Assembly (NCBI GenBank): GCA_050701115.1
Contig: JBOHER010000435.1
Coordinates: 1-60,873 of the forward strand
Direction of reading: 5' to 3'
Length of the DNA stretch: 60,873 nt
From: Haloechinothrix sp.
GTDB taxonomy: Bacteria > Actinomycetota > Actinomycetes > Mycobacteriales > Pseudonocardiaceae
Shown: positions 57,730 to 60,873 of the stretch, one piece after another
Layout: the number at the start of each line of letters is the position of its first letter
Numbering within the stretch: position 1 is the first letter of the stretch
Program-made: the position numbers and the translations under genes
Notes under the pieces: generated by a model
The model's input: the letters and a program-made list of their open reading frames with translations, nothing else
The model's database searches: none
What the model was told of the DNA's origin: nothing

Positions 57730-58908
57730 ATGTCAGGGACGCTGCCGCCGCTCGTTGAGCCGGCTGACGAGCTCACCAAGGAAGAGGTGGCTCGCTACAG
57801 CCGTCACTTGATCATCCCGGACGTGGGTGTTGACGGGCAGAAGCGGCTGAAGAACGCCAAGGTCCTCGTGATCGGTGCCGGTGGCCTTGGCAGCCCGGCG
57901 CTGCTCTACCTGGCCGCAGCCGGTGTCGGCACCCTCGGCGTGATCGACTTCGATGTCGTCGACGAGTCCAATCTGCAGCGCCAGGTCATCCACGGGCAGT
58001 CCGATATCGGCAAGCTCAAGGCGGTCTCGGCCAGGGAGTCCGTCGCCGAGATCAACCCGTTCGTCAACGTCATCACCCACACCGAGCAGCTGACCGCGGA
58101 CAATGCGCTTGACGTTCTGGGTGGTTACGACCTGATCCTGGACGGCACGGACAACTTCGCCACCAGGTACCTGGTCAACGACGCCGCGGTGATCCTGGGC
58201 AAGCCCTACGTGTGGGGTTCGATCTTCAGGTTCGAGGGCCAGGTCAGCGTGTTCTGGGAGGACGCGCCGAACGGCAAGGGCCTGAACTACCGCGACCTCT
58301 ACCCCGAGCCGCCACCACCCGGCATGGTGCCCTCCTGCGCCGAGGGCGGGGTGCTCGGCGTGCTGTGTGCGTCCATCGGTTCGATCATGGTCAACGAGGC
58401 GATCAAGCTGCTCACCGGTATCGGCGATCCGCTGCTGGGCCGGTTGATCAGCTACGACGCGCTGGAGATGCGCTATCGCGAGGTCAAGATCCGCAAGGAC
58501 CCGGACACGCCGAAGATCACCGAGCTGATCGACTACGAGTCGTTCTGCGGTGTGGTGTCCGACGAGGCCTCGATCGCGGCGGCGAACAGCACCATCACGC
58601 CCGCTGAGCTCAAGGCGCTGTTCGACTCCGGCAAGGACTTCCAGCTGATCGACGTCCGTGAGCCGCACGAGTACGAGATCGTCAAGATCGAGGGCTCAAC
58701 GCTGATCCCCAAGGACCGGATCCTCTCCGGCGAGGCGCTCTCCGAACTGCCGCAGGACAAGCAGATCGTGCTGCACTGCAAGTCGGGTGCCCGTTCGGCC
58801 GAGGCGCTGGCCGCCCTGCACTCGGCGGGCTTCAAGGATGCCACCCACCTCGGCGGCGGCGTGCTCGCCTGGGCCAAGCAGATCGACCCGAGCCTGCCGA
58901 CCTACTGA
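57730..58908 (+). CDS. moeZ: Adenylyltransferase/sulfurtransferase MoeZ (ThiF/MoeB domain plus rhodanese)
   Basis: YSRHLIIPDVGVDGQKRL, IGAGGLGSP, two CxxC-equivalent regions, and a C-terminal rhodanese with active-site CKSGARS. Confidence 0.9.
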   Translation: MSGTLPPLVEPADELTKEEVARYSRHLIIPDVGVDGQKRLKNAKVLVIGAGGLGSPALLYLAAAGVGTLGVIDFDVVDESNLQRQVIHGQSDIGKLKAVSARESVAEINPFVNVITHTEQLTADNALDVLGGYDLILDGTDNFATRYLVNDAAVILGKPYVWGSIFRFEGQVSVFWEDAPNGKGLNYRDLYPEPPPPGMVPSCAEGGVLGVLCASIGSIMVNEAIKLLTGIGDPLLGRLISYDALEMRYREVKIRKDPDTPKITELIDYESFCGVVSDEASIAAANSTITPAELKALFDSGKDFQLIDVREPHEYEIVKIEGSTLIPKDRILSGEALSELPQDKQIVLHCKSGARSAEALAALHSAGFKDATHLGGGVLAWAKQIDPSLPTY

Positions 58909-58920
58909 CGCTGCAAGACG

Positions 58921-58990
58921 CTTTCAGTGCACTGGGTGCACTGAAAGCGCCTTTCAGCGCATTGAACGCACTGAAAGCGTCTTTCAGCGC
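58921..58990. repeat. 2.3 tandem copies of a 30-bp self-complementary unit just after the moeZ stop
   Basis: ctttcagtgcactgggtgcactgaaagcgc / ctttcagcgcattgaacgcactgaaagcgt / ctttcagcgc. The first unit forms a perfect 14-bp stem (cgctttcagtgcac-tgg-gtgcactgaaagcg). Confidence 0.85.
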
Positions 58991-59026
58991 CCCCGGGGCG
59001 GTCACCTGGTCGGGTAACGTTCGGCT

Positions 59027-59839
59027 GTGCCCAAGACCCTCGAGCGCCCGCAGCCACATGTCTGCTCGGCCTTCGGCATCAACCCCGACACCTTGGAGCC
59101 GCTGCCCACCGAGCGGGGATGGCGCAGCGGCCCGGTGGTGCTCAGGCCGGTGACCGACAAGACGGAAGCCACCTGGGTGACCAGGAGCCTGAGCCGGATC
59201 TCGGTGCCCGGCCTCCGGATCGTGGTACCGGCGCGGTCGACCGACGGACGTCAGATCGTCGGCGGATGGATGGCCTACCGCACTCCCGAGGGCACGGCTG
59301 CCCGCGACGCGGAGCCCGCCCGATTCGACGACCTCGTACTCACCTCGGTCAAGCTGCATCAGGCGCTGGCCGGCCTCCCTCGGCCGGGCTTCATCGCCAA
59401 GCGCACCGACCCGGTGGCCGTCGCCGACCGTATCGCCTGGGGCGAGCAGGAAGGCGAACTGGACGAGACCAGGGGTGGCCGCTGGTTCGAGATCCTCGCC
59501 GGATCGGCCAAGCCGGTTTCGCTGCCCGACCAAGTCGTGCACGGCAACCTCTATCGGAGTGTGCGGTTCGCGGATGGTGCGCCATCGCTGGTGCTGGATT
59601 TCCATCCGTACTACCGGCCCGCGGAGTGGGGGAGCGCGCTGTCCGTCGTCGACGCGATCGCGATCGGCGGGGCGGACGGGACGCTCATCGAGCGCTGGTC
59701 GCACCTGCCCTGCTGGTCGCAGATGCTGCTGCGCGCCATGCTGTTCCGGCTGGCGGCGCACGCAGTGGACCCCGATGCGGACGCTGAGGCACTCGAGGGC
59801 CTGCGCAGGGCTGCGGGCATCGTCAGCGAGTTCGGGTAG
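59027..59839 (+). CDS. Conserved actinobacterial hypothetical protein (TIGR02569-like, phosphotransferase-fold?)
   Basis: 270 aa with good coding statistics. Position next to moeZ as for the mycobacterial Rv3205c-type gene. Family name is from memory, not verified. Confidence 0.55.
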   Translation: MPKTLERPQPHVCSAFGINPDTLEPLPTERGWRSGPVVLRPVTDKTEATWVTRSLSRISVPGLRIVVPARSTDGRQIVGGWMAYRTPEGTAARDAEPARFDDLVLTSVKLHQALAGLPRPGFIAKRTDPVAVADRIAWGEQEGELDETRGGRWFEILAGSAKPVSLPDQVVHGNLYRSVRFADGAPSLVLDFHPYYRPAEWGSALSVVDAIAIGGADGTLIERWSHLPCWSQMLLRAMLFRLAAHAVDPDADAEALEGLRRAAGIVSEFG

Positions 59840-59842
59840 CCG

Positions 59843-59864
59843 CACTGTGTTCGGCCACACAGTG
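59843..59864 (+). terminator. Hairpin downstream of the 59027..59839 gene
   Basis: cactgtgt-tcggcc-acacagtg, an 8-bp perfect stem 4 nt after the stop. No U-tract. Confidence 0.4.
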
Positions 59865-59930
59865 TGACGAGCGATATTCACCCCGACAACAGCGCCTTCA
59901 CCTGCGCGTTTGTCGCCGCGGGCAGGCAAC

Positions 59931-59946
59931 GTCAAATGCCTGAAAC
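59931..59946 (+). promoter_or_regulatory. Candidate GlnR-box half (GTCAA-n6-GAAAC) upstream of the nitrate-reductase-like gene
   Basis: gtcaaatgcctgaaac fits gTnAc-n6-GaAAc with one mismatch. A second, weaker GTAAC-n6-TACTT lies at 59963-59978. Confidence 0.25.
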
Positions 59947-60011
59947 ATTCCGACCCCTGCCAGTAACACCGCGTACTTACCTTCATATAGGGAACTCGGA
60001 GGTAGTAGAAC

Positions 60012-60873
60012 GTGACGCTGACGGCTGGAGACGCCCGTCCGATGCAGCGGTCGGGCACCGCGACGCACTGCCCGTACTGCGCCCTGCAGTGCGCGATGCG
60101 GGTGACGCCTGCCGCTGCAGGCGCGACGGTGGTGCCACGGGAGTTCCCCACCAACGGTGGCGGCCTGTGCCAGAAGGGGTGGACCTCCGCGGCCCTGCTC
60201 GGCTCGCCCGCGCGGCTGACCACTCCACTGATCCGGGTGGACGGGGAGTTGCGCCCGGCGGGATGGGCTGAGGCACTCGACCTGGTCGCGGCCCGGCTGA
60301 CCGAGATCCGCGATGCGCACGGTGCCGATGCGCTCGGCCTGTTCGGCGGCGGCGGGCTGACCAACGAGAAGTGCTATGCGCTGGGCAAGTTCGCGCGTGT
60401 CGCGCTGGGTACCTCCCAGATCGACTACAACGGCCGGTTCTGCATGTCGTCCGCGGCCGCGGCGGGCATCAAGGCGTTCGGGATGGACCGGGGGATGCCC
60501 TTCCCGGTGACCGACCTTGCGGCCGCCGACGCCATCCTGCTGATCGGCTCGAACCCGGCCGAGACCATGCCGCCGTTCATCCAGCACTTCACCCGCAGCA
60601 TCGACTCCGGTGGCCTGATCGTGGTGGATCCGCGCCGCACCCCGACCGCCGAGCGCGCAGCGCTGCACCTGCAGCCCGCTCCGGGCACCGACCTGGCGCT
60701 CGCCCTTGGCATCCTGCACGCGGTGGTCGCCGACGGGCACCTCGACCACGGCTACGTCGCCGAGCGAACCGCGGGGTTCGACGAGGCGTGGCGGGTGGCC
60801 GCGTCCTGGTGGCCGGAACGCGTCGAGCGGATCACCGGCGTCGCCGCGGCCGACCAGCGCCGCGCGGCGAGTC
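60012..60873 (+). CDS. Molybdopterin-dependent oxidoreductase, assimilatory nitrate reductase-like (5' part, runs off the window)
   Basis: Not in the ORF track because it has no stop. GTG 60012 lies after SD GGAGG. HCPYCALQCAM...GGGLCQKG is the N-terminal 4Fe-4S motif, then NGRFCMSSAAAAGIKAFG and LLIGSNPAETMP blocks. Confidence 0.85.
   Translation, partial: MTLTAGDARPMQRSGTATHCPYCALQCAMRVTPAAAGATVVPREFPTNGGGLCQKGWTSAALLGSPARLTTPLIRVDGELRPAGWAEALDLVAARLTEIRDAHGADALGLFGGGGLTNEKCYALGKFARVALGTSQIDYNGRFCMSSAAAAGIKAFGMDRGMPFPVTDLAAADAILLIGSNPAETMPPFIQHFTRSIDSGGLIVVDPRRTPTAERAALHLQPAPGTDLALALGILHAVVADGHLDHGYVAERTAGFDEAWRVAASWWPERVERITGVAAADQRRAAS

Noticed and set aside
58921-58990. Possible CRISPR array
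   Set aside because: The 30-bp units are directly adjacent with no spacers, only 2.3 copies are present, each is self-complementary, and there are no cas genes in the window.

Overview
High-GC actinobacterial chromosomal segment. Gene content and order look like core genome of a Pseudonocardiaceae/Corynebacteriales-type organism. About 60 genes are supportable. Left block (1-36.1 kb): fdxA-dapC, CHAD protein, dapD, dapE, LOG-family protein, PlsC-like acyltransferase, gpgS, DivIVA-domain protein, tag, enoyl-CoA hydratase, DUF3117, M17 aminopeptidase, MFS transporter, O-methyltransferase, the envelope-stress cluster sigE-rseA-htrA-tatB, mrp, an SPFH protein, acyl-CoA dehydrogenase, an Rv1234-like membrane protein, an intact carbohydrate ABC importer and corA. 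As far as I recall M. tuberculosis gene order, this mirrors Rv1177-Rv1239c. Right block (46.5-59.8 kb): rhlE, Rv3212-like protein, ferritin-like protein, DUF3107, two TetR regulators, hydrolases, DUF3152 metalloprotease and moeZ, mirroring Rv3212-Rv3205c. The window ends in the 5' part of a molybdopterin (nitrate-reductase-like) oxidoreductase. Non-core material: (i) a visibly GC-poorer island at 19.8-23.9 kb. It holds a small zinc-ribbon ORF, a three-module ORF of no family I recognise that is broken by one frameshift in a C5 tract and carries an internal SD+ATG, a multiply frameshifted CU044_5270-like gene, and an intact EXLDI-family protein with an RHH-like N-terminus. (ii) A decayed second ABC importer at 29.1-31.4 kb. 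(iii) A 2002-bp IS1634-family element with 14-bp inverted repeats and a 5-bp target duplication, inserted in-frame-reconstructably into a ParB/Srx-like gene that is translationally coupled to a metallophosphoesterase. (iv) A decayed alpha/beta hydrolase. No rRNA, tRNA or CRISPR array was found. I see no system I can confidently call novel. The best candidates for follow-up are the 21.6-23.9 kb island genes, the ParB-like/phosphoesterase pair, and an SD-preceded 31-codon uORF in the corA leader. Most other long ORFs in the track are antisense or frame-shadow artefacts of high GC.
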